Origin: Eutreptiella sp. 'Long Island Sound 2002'
Taxonomy: Eukaryota > Protista > Euglenida
Direction: 5' to 3'
NCBI GenBank assembly: GCA_964036045.1
Contig: OZ038378.1
Location: 33,108,001 to 33,172,000 of the forward strand
Length of the DNA: 64,000 nt
The position numbers were made by a program, and so were the translations under genes. A model generated the notes under the pieces. It worked only from the letters and a program-made list of their open reading frames with translations. It was not told the DNA's origin and did no database searches. Positions 11,185-23,656 of this stretch are shown here, piece after piece. Within the stretch, counting starts at the first letter, position 1. Each line of letters begins with the position of its first letter.

Positions 11185-12837
11185 ACCCCCCCCCCATTAT
11201 TATCACGCATCGAAATAATATCACGCATGCATGATAATATTTTGGACTGCTGAAATGATATCATGCATGCATGTTGTCCATCTGCATGCATGTTGTCCGT
11301 CTGAGAGTCCCACAAATAACAAGGCAAAACACTATGGGAAATCATTGATGCGCTTGACATGCAGTGATTTTCGTGCCAGAAGTGCATTCATGGACAACTG
11401 CCATGCCAAAAGCTTTGGTTTGGGCTTAGGCTTTGCAGCTTCAACAGCTTGTGGTTGAAAATTTTTGGGGAACAAACTGATAGGGGATGCGAAGCCGTGC
11501 CTTCTTGGGATCAATATACCCCAGTTCCTGGAATTCTCTGGGCAGCGACGAGACAATTGTCTGTCATCTGCTGCGGCAAGTCGCTGGCCTTCAAGTCGCT
11601 AGCCTTCAGCATGCTGCAGACGTGCTGTGACAGGCTAGTTCTTTGCACGTCTGGCACAAAACCACTGATACAGAGCAGCATCATACTACCCCCCCCCCCC
11701 GCTTGCGCAAGCACGGCCTTGTCTAAGCACAAAGACCCCGTGTGACCGTTGTTTTGATGGGTTTTTCTGACCATGGTTTTTATGGTCAGAAATTCATTGT
11801 TTCGTGATTGTGCGCTGATTGTACAGGGAAAGAAGGGCTGGGTCATGTTTGTGATGGTTCCTCTTGCTCACAACAACATTCTGATTGGTACTGCAACCCA
11901 ATGGTAATTGTTTTGCTGTGGTTTTTAGCCATGAAAAATGTTGCTACTGCTGGCTTGGGTGTCACATACATCCGATCCACTAGTGAGCATACACCTGCCA
12001 CCATCGTTGGTCCTGCTACGCGTGGAGATGCCTTCATTCATTTGAAGTACATGAGGAATGGGCATGAGCTTGAGCATCATGCCCCTTTTGATTGTGTTTG
12101 CTTCCCAATTCGCAGCCCATCCCCATCACCATCAGAGGCAGCCTAAACCTATTCCCAAACCTGCAGCCAAGCCTACTCCAAAGCCTGTCCCGAAGGGGAA
12201 ACATGTGCAACTATTTAAGATGCAGTGCAAGGTTGGAAAGGGTTTCTATTCCGTACCCGTTGATGGGCAGTAAGGACACGAGGACCATGCTGAATTTTGT
12301 CTACACGTTGTGTTCTAGTGCCATGTTTGTGAGTGATGTGCTTGGTGTGGGGTACGGGCAGGTTTCTAGTGTGCAGTGTCTCTTTGTGTTGCGCGTCGCG
12401 CGCAAGCACGGGCTTGTCTAAGCACGGGGACCCCCTGTGACCGTTGTTTTTCTGACCTTGGCCGTGCTTGCGCAAGGGGGGGGGGGTACGTCTAATGCAC
12501 TCCTCCCTCCTCCCTTAAATTGCCGTGCTGTGCGCGTCACGACACAGCCCTCCAGTCTGTCAACAATGGCCACCCAATTATGTAATTGCCTCTGGTTTAC
12601 GAGAAGAATCCGCTCATTAGTCACGGCCTCAAAGACATGGTCAACAACAAGTTCATCGTACTGCTGTGCCTCAATCACATCAGCAAGAAAGGGAATGTCA
12701 GCAGAATCAGTCATCACAAGAAAAAAAGACCCGCAATAGCGGGGTAGGGGGGGGGGGGGTCAAAATGATGTCATGCAGGGAATAATATCACGCACCGAAA
12801 TAATATCATGTGCGTGATAGTAATAGGGCGGGTGGTT
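11185..12837 (-). mobile_element. Non-autonomous pogo/Tc5-like DNA transposon remnant
   Basis: Imperfect TIRs (ACCCCCCCCCCATTATTATCACGCA versus rc AACCACCCGCCCTATTACTATCACGCA), flanked by TA; minus strand encodes ...RQFKGGGRSALD / YDAALYQWFCARRAKN*PVT, a CENP-B-type HTH pattern, split by the nested insertion. Confidence 0.6.
11689..12486. mobile_element. 798-bp TIR element nested at a TA inside the pogo-like remnant
   Basis: TIRs poly-C+TTGCGCAAGCACGGCC / GGCCGTGCTTGCGCAAG+poly-G; TA at 11687-11688 and 12487-12488; internal direct repeat GCGCAAGCACGG..TTGTCTAAGCAC. Confidence 0.7.
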
Positions 12838-13247
12838 TACTCCTCCTCCTTTGACAGGGCATTTTTTTCTCACTTTGTCTTTGGATGTCCGCTGTTGAAC
12901 CCACTCATGGATACTGAATGACACATTACGCCATTTGGCAATTATGTATGTGGCCAAGACTGAGAAAAAGTGGAAGTGAGCGGAGTTGGAGGACCAATAA
13001 CCAGAGCTGCCTATTGTATGCATTGTGTTGAGTGTTTGCACGTGGTTGTTGGTGCTTTGGGGAGGAGGAGTGCGCAGTTTTTTTGGTGCTCATGCAATTC
13101 TGCACATGTGACCTACACCCCCCACCAACGGCTTGAAGCATGCCGCAGCATGCCGCAGCGCAGCAAATTTTTCTGGGGGACCGCTGGTGCTTGCCCGCAT
13201 TGTGTCAGCAAAAATTTCTGGCTCAGCATGCAGCTCAAGCTGCAGTC

Positions 13248-13332
13248 TCGTGCCCTGCTCTGCCCTGCCCTGCCTTGACCTGCCCTGTTCTGCCCTTCAG
13301 ACCTGTCCTGCCCTGCCTTGCCCTTGCCCTGC
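13248..13332. repeat. (GCCCT)n tract at the intron 3' end
   Basis: Direct inspection. Confidence 0.75.
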
Positions 13333-13346
13333 ATTTGATCTGTCAG

Positions 13347-13643
13347 GTGTCATACCATACCCGCCACCACTTTAGTGAGCGCCTGAATACTCCAGACATT
13401 TCGGAGGATCGGGAAGCCTGGGTTTTCGTAGAAATGTTCTGTGACAAGCCGTTTGGGTGTGATTGGTGCCAGTCCCTGCTGCGTGTGTACTTCAACGGCA
13501 CAGAGAGCTGCTACGCCTCACAAGAGGTACCAGTGCCGAGGCAGAAAGAGACAGATGTGTGGACCGCGTTGGATGAAGATGGCTACAAAGGGAGCCCAAG
13601 AGGTGTTTGCATGAAGAACCTGAAATATGGCCCCATATTGTAA
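13347..13643 (+). CDS. GT10 gene exon 2 (end of a beta-rich ConA/LamG-like domain); predicted protein 583 aa
   Basis: TGTCAG acceptor ending 13346; VSYHT...WVFVEMF...LLRVYFNG...DVW...MKNLKYGPIL* with TAA at 13641-13643. Confidence 0.7.
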   Translation: MSYHTRHHFSERLNTPDISEDREAWVFVEMFCDKPFGCDWCQSLLRVYFNGTESCYASQEVPVPRQKETDVWTALDEDGYKGSPRGVCMKNLKYGPIL

Positions 13644-16600
13644 TCTGCCAGAGCCCATAGACCGAAAGGGCACGGTGAAAGATCGTGCACCACTGCACAC
13701 GAAACCGTCGGAAGGTTTGGGAAACGGTAGTAGGGAACATGAGGGCCTATTGACAAAATAGTGATGGTGATGTGCAACCTCGGTGCTACAGGTTTCCATC
13801 TATGTACCCTAGCGCTGGCCGTACGGAAGTCGATGGGCTGTCACATCCAGAGGCCCTATAGAGTTGATACCCTACTTGATTACACGATAACCCGGAGACA
13901 TTTAATGTGTCACATCAATGCGTTTTGTCCCGCAATTTGTGACGCCATTTCGAACATATGAAAGGGTGTCAGTGTTGGCAGGGTATCTGAAAGGAAGATA
14001 GTGTACGTCTGCCGATTTTGAGGTCAATTTTCATGGGATGTAGATCTCTGCGTCTCTCCCTTCTGCTGAATGGTGTACTGCATGCATATCTAGATCTGCA
14101 GGTTGGCCCGGTGACCTTGGTATTGCCTCAATCTGGACCCATCATCATTCCGCTGTTGGTTTTCTTATGCTCAAGTGGTTGCCCTTAGTCAACCTGGTGC
14201 ACAGCATAGTGCCGCTTGAGTCTTCAGACACTGTTGATCATGTCAGTTGACCGTTGAAGTCACTTTTTGAGTTTGTTTTGGTGGGTCTGCAGAGAGCCAT
14301 TACCTCAAAGCTGGCAAACAGAAATGACTGTTGGACATTTAACTTCGGCTTGCTTGGATACAGCATCAGTACTAGATAGCGAGTTGTAACAGTGGATGGA
14401 CCTTGCTTTTTGTGGTCCACCTTTCCCTTCACCAGGAAACTTGATACATGCTATGGTCATATGCCATCGGAGAACATGCCATCGGAGAATGCAGCATTGA
14501 TAAAGTTTCCTTTGGAGACCAATTCAAGTTCAATGCATCAAGGCATAGATGTTTTGGTGTCATGTAATTCTCTGTGATGTGTGTTTTTGCAATCGGTCAC
14601 TCAAGGTTTCCAAGGTGAATGTCTTCATGTTTAGTGCAAGAATCCTCTAATTTATCTGGGCCACAATAGTGTGCTTTGTGTGCACCGAATACCGAAGCAG
14701 TACGTTCAGGATTCGTGCAACACCCATGGGTGGTGCATGGGAAAGACATCAACCTCTTTGAGTCCATGAGTACAAGGCAAAAAGGGCGTTGCTTACCGTC
14801 TGCAGAGCTGATGTGTAGGCGTGAACCAATGCAGTGTGCACCAGATCTGGTTGGGTTCTGGACAAATATATGAATGCGATTGTGACACTGTGGAGTCTGC
14901 AGACCCTGCAGCAAACTTGTGTTGCCCAACCTGCCCCCCTTTCCCCATGTGCAATCGCGTATTTGTCCAAATGTAGATGACTGTTACCCACTTAGATCAT
15001 GATGCGGTACATTACCCACCTACTTTTTGGCGGACAAAATAGGCCATTCTGCAAACCTCCCCAACTGTTGGATTCCAAGCCAGCGTCTCAAAATCTGCTG
15101 CACATCCCAAAAAATGCCATTTACGTTGGCAAATGCTTTTCGGCTTTTCCGCTCGGTGTTGGAGGTGCACTGAGCACAGCTCAATTAGGGGGCACATGAA
15201 GCACTGTGCGGATGTAGTGCGCACACAGTGCAATCAAATATGAGGCATGAAGCGTGACCCAAGCACCCAAATTTTGCAGGCAGGGAGCCCTGACTCCGGT
15301 CGGTGTTTTGTGTCCTGGTCCTTCCGTACCCAACCCCTAATTTTCTTAACTCACGCATGCGAGCATGACGTGCTTCAGTTATGTCAATGTCACTTCCGAA
15401 TGTTTCCAAAGTGTTCGCTATTATTAAGGTCAATTTCTCTGTGCAGAGAGATGTAGCCTGCCACCCAGGCAGGGTAGGCACAAAAAAGTCATATTTGTAG
15501 CACAACATTAGAAAGCCATTTCACAAGGTACCATCAACAACAACCCCCAAAGAAGGAATATGATTCCCACCCACAGCGCATGCAGCGCCATATTCTTCAC
15601 AGGCTGAGACAAGTGCATACCCCTACTAACATCTACTAACATCGTGAGCAAGATTTGGTATTGATGACGTGTCTTATAGCCTTAGCCATCCACAGAGAAG
15701 TGTGATCTCGGAGGCTTCTTTGGAGCGTATGAGGGTGACAACGTGGAGACTTGTTTCAGAAAGCAGCTGGCGATTAGCAAACAACAGCTGATTGCTTGCG
15801 AGCACTTAGTTGGGTTTCATGTGTCGAGGAACCTAGTAGCCTGAGAATTTGTGCTTTGTTTTGTAAACAACGGGCCGCCTGACTGATCCTCATTGTTGGC
15901 CCACACCTTTGCAGCACAAATAAATGTGTTGATGTGTGCTTGCATCGTAGATCATTGGTCTTGGTCTACAAGTTTGCATCACAAATATTTGTGCAGGCCC
16001 TGTTTGCACGCTTGACTTGTTTGCACCACACCTAGGTGCGTGCAATTTTCAGGTTGTTTGGAAAGTTGACGTGTGGCTCGAGGGCGGCAGAGTTGATCAC
16101 TTGCTCGGGTCAACTTCATGCATGTACCCCAATTTCTTTCTGTGTATTCATTGCAAAGCTACTGGGGCCGATGTATTTTCATTGGCTTCATTAGCAGTAT
16201 TCTTACACTGCTTCAACTGGCTTTGACTCAACGATATGTGCGAGGGACCGCCGGCTCGCTCGGATTGGGATTCGAATTGCCCTAGTCCACATGTAACCTC
16301 CTACTTTTGTAGATCCCACCCTTCGGAATGGCGCAAATGGAGACTCAAATCCGTCTACCAAGCCTACTAGCACTTGCCAAGGTGGCGCATAGAGCACAAA
16401 CTAGGGCTAAAAGGGGTCCACTGGGAGGGTTTCTGCGGGCTCCAAAATGGCTTTTTACAAAGTAGCCCTAGGACCATTTGTAATTCTTAAACAAGTGATT
16501 TCGCCCCGCTTTGAGCCCACGGTGACCAGTCATGGCCCTACGAAAGTCCCAAAAAATTTTGAACTTGGGCCGTTTTCGGTCCGAAACCAGACCTAAAAGG

Positions 16601-16965
16601 GTCGAAAAGGCGTGCTGTCAAACGTGATCCTAGACCGCATGGGATGCTCAAACAGGACGGGATGAGACCCGCGGGATGTGCAGATGTTATTCATCTGGAG
16701 TCCCCAGAAAAACGGATGCTCCGGCGGTCCAATCTTTCATTCTGTTCAAGTGAGAAGGGTGAGGGTGGGGAGGGAGGCGACAGGACTCCACGGCAATTGT
16801 TGTTGTCGCATCGAAAAATGAGCCCCTCTGGTGCGCACCAGATATACGTTCACTCGTGGCATGGTCTGAATGTGTCTGCTCGGGTCCGCTGCGTGGCTTT
16901 GGACAAAAGAGACCACCCAATTTTGGCCCCCCCGCAATGCATTCGGGTGGGTAACGCAGCCAGCG

Positions 16966-17533
16966 ATGGATGTGGAGGCGCCGCGGCAGATTTCATTCTC
17001 GATGGAACAGTCCTCCTCCTCTTCGGAGTACGACTATGGCCAAAGGGTAAGCAGTCGGACGCTGCGGTATCGGGCGGCGATGGACCACCTCAAGCCGCCC
17101 ACGCACTCTTTGATGGGCAGGTCGTATTTGCAGCTCACGCCACATCTGGACAACAATGCATTCAAGCCTCCGAGGCAGCAGCAGCAGGCGGCATCATAGC
17201 TGCGTGAAGTGGTCAGACAAGCCGAAGTGCCATCTCCAATGTTGTGTATAATGCACTTACATGTGGTTCTACAGGGTCTCGGACCTCTTTCAGCTTTTCG
17301 TGGTGTTCGCCTGTTGCGCGATGATCTACACGTACACGCATGTCCAGAATGTGTACTCGTATGTGTGGCCGACCGTTGTGGAAATGTTTGTCTCCATCGC
17401 AATCGCATTGGGCATCATGGTCACCGCAATTCACAGCCCGCTGTGGCGTGGTTTTTTGTAGCGCTGGTATATTTGGGTGGACCTCGTCTCTATTGTGCCC
17501 ATATTCATCTTTCTGGCAGGGCTGAACGAAGAG
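16966..17533 (+). pseudogene. 6TM K+ channel (Slo/BK-like) pseudogene, exon with N-terminus and S1-S3
   Basis: WFYRVSDLFQLFVVFACC...VVEMFVSIAIALGIMV...*RWYIWVDLVSIVPIFIF; frameshift near the CAG run (about 17180-17200); stops at 17249 and 17459; phase-0 GT donor at 17534. Confidence 0.7.
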
Positions 17534-18098
17534 GTTCTGATTTGTACGCTGTGATGAATATGAGACCAGCCAGATCTTTGTTTAGTGCTGCCCCTCAAAT
17601 TTGGGGTCCGGGTCGACGCGCAGACACATGTACGTGTGCATGCGCGTCCAAACAGTGGCGGTTGGACAATGCTTCGAAGCACCCCTTAGAAATTTTACCA
17701 GATGTTGACCTTCTGATACTGGACATTGACACCCAGCGACCCAACCGCCAGCCCACACACCGGCTCCACAAAGTATAATAGCCAATTGACTTATAGGAGG
17801 CCTTTAGTCGACAAACGATTGGTAGTCCACTAAGCTCAGCAAGCCACATACCCAAAGACACTCACCTTCACAACCATTACAAATGGCCTATACAGCTATA
17901 CGTTTATACCACAGAATGCTAGTGATCGTTTTGAGGTGTGTATCTTGGAGGTGCCCCGCCACCGTGCCTGGAACCTCTCTACCAGGGTCTCCATATAGTT
18001 TTCGAATCGTTGTGTGAATGCAGTTGCATTGTGCATGTTAGTGGTGGTTTGCGAGACAATCTGTGCTGTTAGCGGCAATTCAACCACGAGATTTGCAG

Positions 18099-18590
18099 GT
18101 TTCGGCTTTTCTTGTGCTTCGTGGCCTGCGTGTCATGAACTTCTACCGTGTCATCAACCTCACCACTGCTAGCAGCATCCTGCGCAAGGCCGTGACACTG
18201 GTGTATGCCGTCGTAATCATCATGATGCTCGCCACTGTGGCCTTCTCCATTACCTCCGACTAGACACCGCCTCTCAAATTAGCCTCGGACACCTAGAACA
18301 CCACTTTTCCCGAATCGTTCTACTTCACTGTTGTTACGATGACCACCGTTGGCTTTGGCAACATCGTTCTCGACCCGGGCCTGCCCCGCGTCCTGGGCTG
18401 TGGGTTTATCATAGCTGTGGCCCTATATGTGCCCATGCGGGTGTGTGCGTTTGTGGCGCAGCTGCAGAGCAGGCGGTACTTTGGCAACTTCCGCTGCAGT
18501 TCTAGTGTTTCCCACTACATCATCATTTGGAAATCAGATTTCTTAAGGTTGTAGGTGCAAGATGTGTATTGTGGCCGCATGGAGACACTA
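18099..18590 (+). pseudogene. K+ channel pseudogene, exon with S4-S5-pore-S6 and start of an RCK-like region
   Basis: S4 FLVLRGLRVMNFYR; pore ESFYFTVVTMTTVGFGN; post-S6 RRYFGNF...HYIII; in-frame TAG at 18261, 18294 and 18552. Confidence 0.85.
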
Positions 18591-19589
18591 CCACGTTGAG
18601 TCATGTGCTTGTGATAAAACACCATAAGTGCTTTTGGACCGAGTTGAAGGAGAGGTGGGGGTGGGGGGGTGAGGGTATTTGGGGATGCTTCACGTGTACT
18701 TGTAGACGATTGCGGATTCAGCTTGCATTTCTTCATCCTCCTGCGTTTTACCCAAAGTGCCTCTGGACACAACATATGGTGCTAATGATGTGCAAATTGT
18801 CCACATGACGCGTGCTACATGTGAAGCAGATGGACTGCATCTGAGGTAGACACATTCCAGGTAGATTACCTGTCATTCTGTCAAGAAAGATCTGTCTTTA
18901 ATTATTTCGGAACATTCCTCGTTTTTTTGGATGGTTTAGCTTTCCTCGAATCGGTTCCTTTTTCAAACACAGTGCATTTTATGACCTTTGTAACCAAGTA
19001 CTGAAGCAAGTTCCCATCCCTTTTGGTTGCGATGTGTTCCATATTTGGGCTATTTCAGCGATTTTTGGCATCGCTTCATGAAAATTGTGAACTTATACTA
19101 TCTATAATCCATAGGATGGAGGATTTGACATTTAGGCTCAAATAAGTCTTGTTTTGTATGTGCGCGCCTTTGTGGTGTTCCTGATGGTGTGCACGTGCTC
19201 TGTGCTCTTCAATGCGGGCCGATTGACCGAACACCCGTCATGTCCGGTGCCAATAGTGTTGGATCTATCATGTGGAAGTTAGAATCACTGAACGGAGGAA
19301 GACTGTTGGCAGATGTAGTGGGTACATTGTTTGCTTCTGTGGACAAGTGTTGAGGGAGTACCTTCGGGGAAACGAGGGTCTATTTTGGTGCAGCAATGCA
19401 CTGCCAAAACTAGGTGGTGTATTTGATTTGTTACAAATTAAGTACAAAGTTTCCACATTCACACTCCATCCATCAACCAATTGCCCACAAAGGCATAGGA
19501 GGGGTCACATCAATGTTTTTCGTTTGAAAAATACCTATACATGGGTTTTCTATATGTTCTTGAGTACCGCTGCCTTTAGCACGTGCAGT

Positions 19590-19930
19590 AGACCACGTGC
19601 GGTGCCTCCTTGAGGGGTGTAGACCCCTCAGGGGTTCACCGCAGTGCTTATACATCGCAGTAGACCACTTGCGGTGGATGTTTGACCAGTGTAGACGCCC
19701 GAGGGATTTATTGCACTGCTCCGACATCGCAGTAGACCACATACCGCGAACGCCCGAGCCCCTCAAGGAATCACCGCAGGTGGTCTATACCCACTTGCAA
19801 CAGCTGTAGGTAATCCTTCACGGCTGCACATGCCTCAATGATCCCCCGCCGCCGCTCTGCTGCCATTTACAAGAGCTGCGGCGAATCGTTGAAAGGTGTA
19901 GACCCCTCAATGATTCGCCGCAAAGGTCTA
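19590..19930. repeat. Cluster of hairpin-forming repeats (GTGTAGACCCCTCA core)
   Basis: Core repeated; stem 19878-19892 / 19907-19921 matches at 14 of 15 positions. Confidence 0.5.
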
Positions 19931-19931
19931 C

Positions 19932-22493
19932 ACTGTATGGGAGCCTATGGGGACTGATGGGGAGCTACGGGGACCCTTGGGGATCTTTGGGGACTTGTGG
20001 GAACCTATGGGGACCTATAGTGGCCTATGGGGACCTATGGGGACCTGTGGGGACCTATGTGAGCCCTTGCGGCCCTATGGTGACACATTGGCACCTTTGG
20101 GGACCTATGGGGTCCTGTGGGGACGTATCAGGGCTCTTTGCGACGTATGCGGAACTATCGGGGCCTATGGGGACCCATGGTTAACTATGGGTGCTTTTGG
20201 GGTCCTCTGGTTAACTATGGGGGCCTATGAGGATCTTTGGGGACCTGTGGAGACCTATGGGGACCCATGCGGCCCCATGATGACCTATGGGGGCCTCTTG
20301 GGCCCTGTCGGGACGTATCGGGGCCTGTGGGGAGCTATGGGGGTCTGTTGAGACGTATGGGGGCCTATGGGGGCCTACGGCGACTTATTGGCACCTATGG
20401 GGACCTATGGGAATGTTTGGGCATCTATGGGGTCTATGGGGGCCTATGGGGATCCATTGGCGCCTTTGAGGACCTTTGACGACCTTTGGGGACCTATGGG
20501 GACCTATGGTCACCTTTGGGGGCCTATGGGACCTGTAGGGGATACGGGCACCTAGGCAGCTATGGGGGCGTATGGGGGGTATGGGGACCTATGGTGAGTT
20601 TTGAAGACATGTGGGTCCCTATGGGGACCCATGGGGAGTTTTGAGAACCTATGCGAGCCTTTGGACATCCATGCGGACCTATGGGGACCTTTGGGGACCC
20701 TATGGGTACCCGTGGCGACCTATGGGGACATTTGGGCGACTATGGGGACCTATGGGGAGCTATGGGGGCCTATTGGGACCTATAGGGGATACGGCCACCT
20801 AGGCACCAATGGGGACGTATGGGGGGTATGGGGGCCTATGGCGAGTTTTGGGGACCTATGGGTCCCTATGGGGACCCGTGGGGAGTTTTGAGAACCTATG
20901 GGAACCTTTGGACATCCATGGGGACCTATGGGGACCTTTGGGGACCCTATTGGTACCCGTGGCGTCCTATGGGGACATTTGGGGACCTATGGGGATCTTT
21001 GGGGGTCTATGGGGACCTATGGGGAGCTATGGGGGCCTATGGGGAACTATAGGGGATACGGGCACCTAGGCATTTATGGGGACGTATGGGGGGTATGGGG
21101 ACCTATGGCGAGTTTTGGGGAGCTATAGGCCCTTATGGGGACCTCTGGGGAGTTTTGAGAACCTATGGGGACCTTTGGACATCCATGGGGACCTATGGGG
21201 ACCTTTGGGGACCCTATGGGTACCCATGGTGACCTATGGGGAAATTCGGGGACCTATGGGGGTCTATGGGGACCTATGGGGAGCTATGGGGGCCTATCGG
21301 GACCTATAAGGGATACGGCCACCTAGGCACCTATGGGGACATATGGGGTGTATGGGGACCTATGGCGAGTTTTGGGGACCTAAGGGCCCTTATGGGGACC
21401 TGTGGGAAGTTTTGAGAACCTATGGGGACCTTTGGACATCCATGGGGACCTATGGGGAAGTTTGGGAACCCTAGGGGTGCCCGTGGCGACCTATAGGGAC
21501 ATTCGGGGACCTATTGGGACCTATGGGGGTGTAGGGGGACCTTTAGGGACCTATGGGGAGCTATTCGGGCCTATGGGGACCTATAGGGGATACAGCCACC
21601 TAGGCACCTATGGGGACGTATGCGGGCAATGGGGACGTAGGGCGAGTTTTGGGGACCAAAGGGCCCTTATGGGGACCTGTGGGGAAATTTCAGAACCTAT
21701 GGGGACCTTTGGACATCCATGGGGACCTATGGGGACCTTTGGGGACCCTATGGGTGCCTGTGGCGACCTATGGGGACATTTGGGGACCTATGGGGACCTT
21801 TGGGGGTCTATGGGGACCTTTGGGGACCTATGGGGAGCTGTTCAGGCCTATGGGGACCAAAAGGAGATACGGGCACCTAGGCACCTATGGGGACATATGC
21901 GGGCAATGGGGAGCTATGGCGAGTTTTGGGGACGCATGGGCCCCTATGGGGACCTGTGGGGAGTTTTGAGAACCTATTGGGACCTTTGGACATCCATGGG
22001 GACCTATGGGGACCTTTGGGGACCCTATGCGTGCCCGTGGCAACCCATGGGGACATTTGGGGACCTATGAGGACCTATGGAGCTCTTTGAGGACCTACGG
22101 GGACCTATGGGGAGCTATGGGGGCCTCTGGCGGCCTATGGGGGCCTATGGGAACCTTTGGTGACCTATAATGTCTATGGTGACTTTTCGGGAACCTATAA
22201 GGACCTATGTGGGTGTTTGGGGACACATGGGCACTTATGGGGACCTTTGACGACCTACGGTGACCTAACGGGGCCCATGGCGTCATATGGGGGTCTGTGT
22301 TCTATGGGGACCAAAAGGGGCCTATGGGCCCTAGGCACCGATGGGGTGCTATAGGGGCCTATGGGCACCCAGGGGACCTATGGGGGCCCATGTGGACCTA
22401 TAGGGACTTATGGGGGTATATGGGATGCTATGCAGACCTATCGGGATGATTGATGGCCTATGGGGTCTATGGGGACCTATGGGGACCTATGGG
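19932..22493. repeat. (GGGGACCTAT)n satellite, block 1, with a higher-order unit of about 250-280 bp
   Basis: 10-bp monomer; the landmark GAGTTTTGAGAACCTATG and its variants recur at about 20636, 20883, 21151, 21407, 21688 and 21960. Confidence 0.95.
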
Positions 22494-23656
22494 AGTAGAG
22501 TGGAGTGGAGTGGCTGCCGCTATCCCTAGCGCTAGGCCCGGGGCCCCTAGGCTTTCACCACGTGCGGCAGTGGCTCCGTGACATACTGTACATTGTATGA
22601 ACCACAGTTGCCCTGGGACGTCATGCGTCGCTCCACGTGCACGCATTGCGTTGCTTGCTCAGTGGCCTCAGGTCAGGCACGTCCGGGTCAACCCCTTCTT
22701 GGGTGGGCCTTGCCCGAACATGCCCGTGGCAGTCCCGGGTCGCAAGCCGCCTCTGCCTTTCACCACCGCCCCTCGTTGCTTGTAGGCGCGCCTGGCGTTT
22801 CCTCCGCTGTTCCGTGGTGTTGCTCCGGACCCCCTTCCCGTCTGCCCTCGGATGTGTCCGGTGTGGTGGCCCACCAGGGGTGCTAGCCCATGCGCCGTGC
22901 CCCCCTGCCCCCGCGGGGCAAGCGCGCGTTGCCTCGCCTGCTCCTCGCAGCTCAGACCAACGGCACTGGGCGGATGCGGGATCATTTTGTCGTCGCGAAC
23001 CAAGCAGTCCTTGGGTCGCACAGTAAGAGGTGTGTCTGGTATGTTGTCCGACTGTGAAGGTTTTCATGGTGGCCGAAGCAGAACAACCACTCTAATTGAA
23101 GGGCCGCGATCTAGGTGCGCGGCACGCTCCTATGCGTCCGACACACCAAGGGCTGTAGCCCAGGTCCTCATCGGTCATACACACAGCTACGAGGGCAGCC
23201 GGCTATCCCCTAGTCCCGCATGGGGGGGCATATGTTGCGTGGTGCGAAAGCACGAGTGCAGGACCCACCGGTCGAGGGACGGGAGCACCCACTGAACCAG
23301 CAGCTCCTCTTGGAAGCGTAGGAGAGGACCATCGCCGCCGCCGCCTGCGATGAGGCCGCACTTGTCGAGGACCTTTCACAGGTTATAGGCGAGGACGGCC
23401 AGCTTATCAAGCAGGGTCTGTAGCAGGTCGTCAGTAGGGGGGCCGCCATCCCCCAAAGCAGAGGCCTTGTGGCGAGCCGGGCGGATGTCAAGCCCTGCAG
23501 GTTCTAGAGGGGGGAGAGGAGTCAGGGGGTCGGTGACTGTGTACTGGGCCCCTTGGGCGGTGACGACGGCTAGCCCCCGTCGTGAGTCGGCCGCCATCAA
23601 GGAGGTCGCAATCATCAGGCGCTGAATCAAGGAGAGGTACATGTACATGCGCATGA
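22494..23656 (-). mobile_element. 5'-truncated 3' end of the non-LTR family at 31326-40282
   Basis: Colinear with and highly similar to 31326-32486; 3' tail (CCACT)n, read as GAGTAGAGTGGAGTGGAGTGG on +. Confidence 0.85.

Larger units (their letters stand above)
7896..13346 (+). other. 5451-bp GT-AG intron of the GT10 gene, filled with repeats and transposon remnants
   Basis: Phase-0 join ...RPFSRALE|VSYHTRHHFS... gives a continuous domain; (GCCCT)n-like tracts at both ends. Confidence 0.7.

Noticed and set aside
13650-16640. Short ORFs between the GT10 and channel loci
   Set aside because: No recognisable motifs or consistent exon chain.
16966-18590. Reassigned stop codons (TAA/TAG = Gln)
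   Set aside because: The 583-codon GT10 gene and the 661-codon ORF1 contain no in-frame TAA/TAG, and GT10 ends at TAA.
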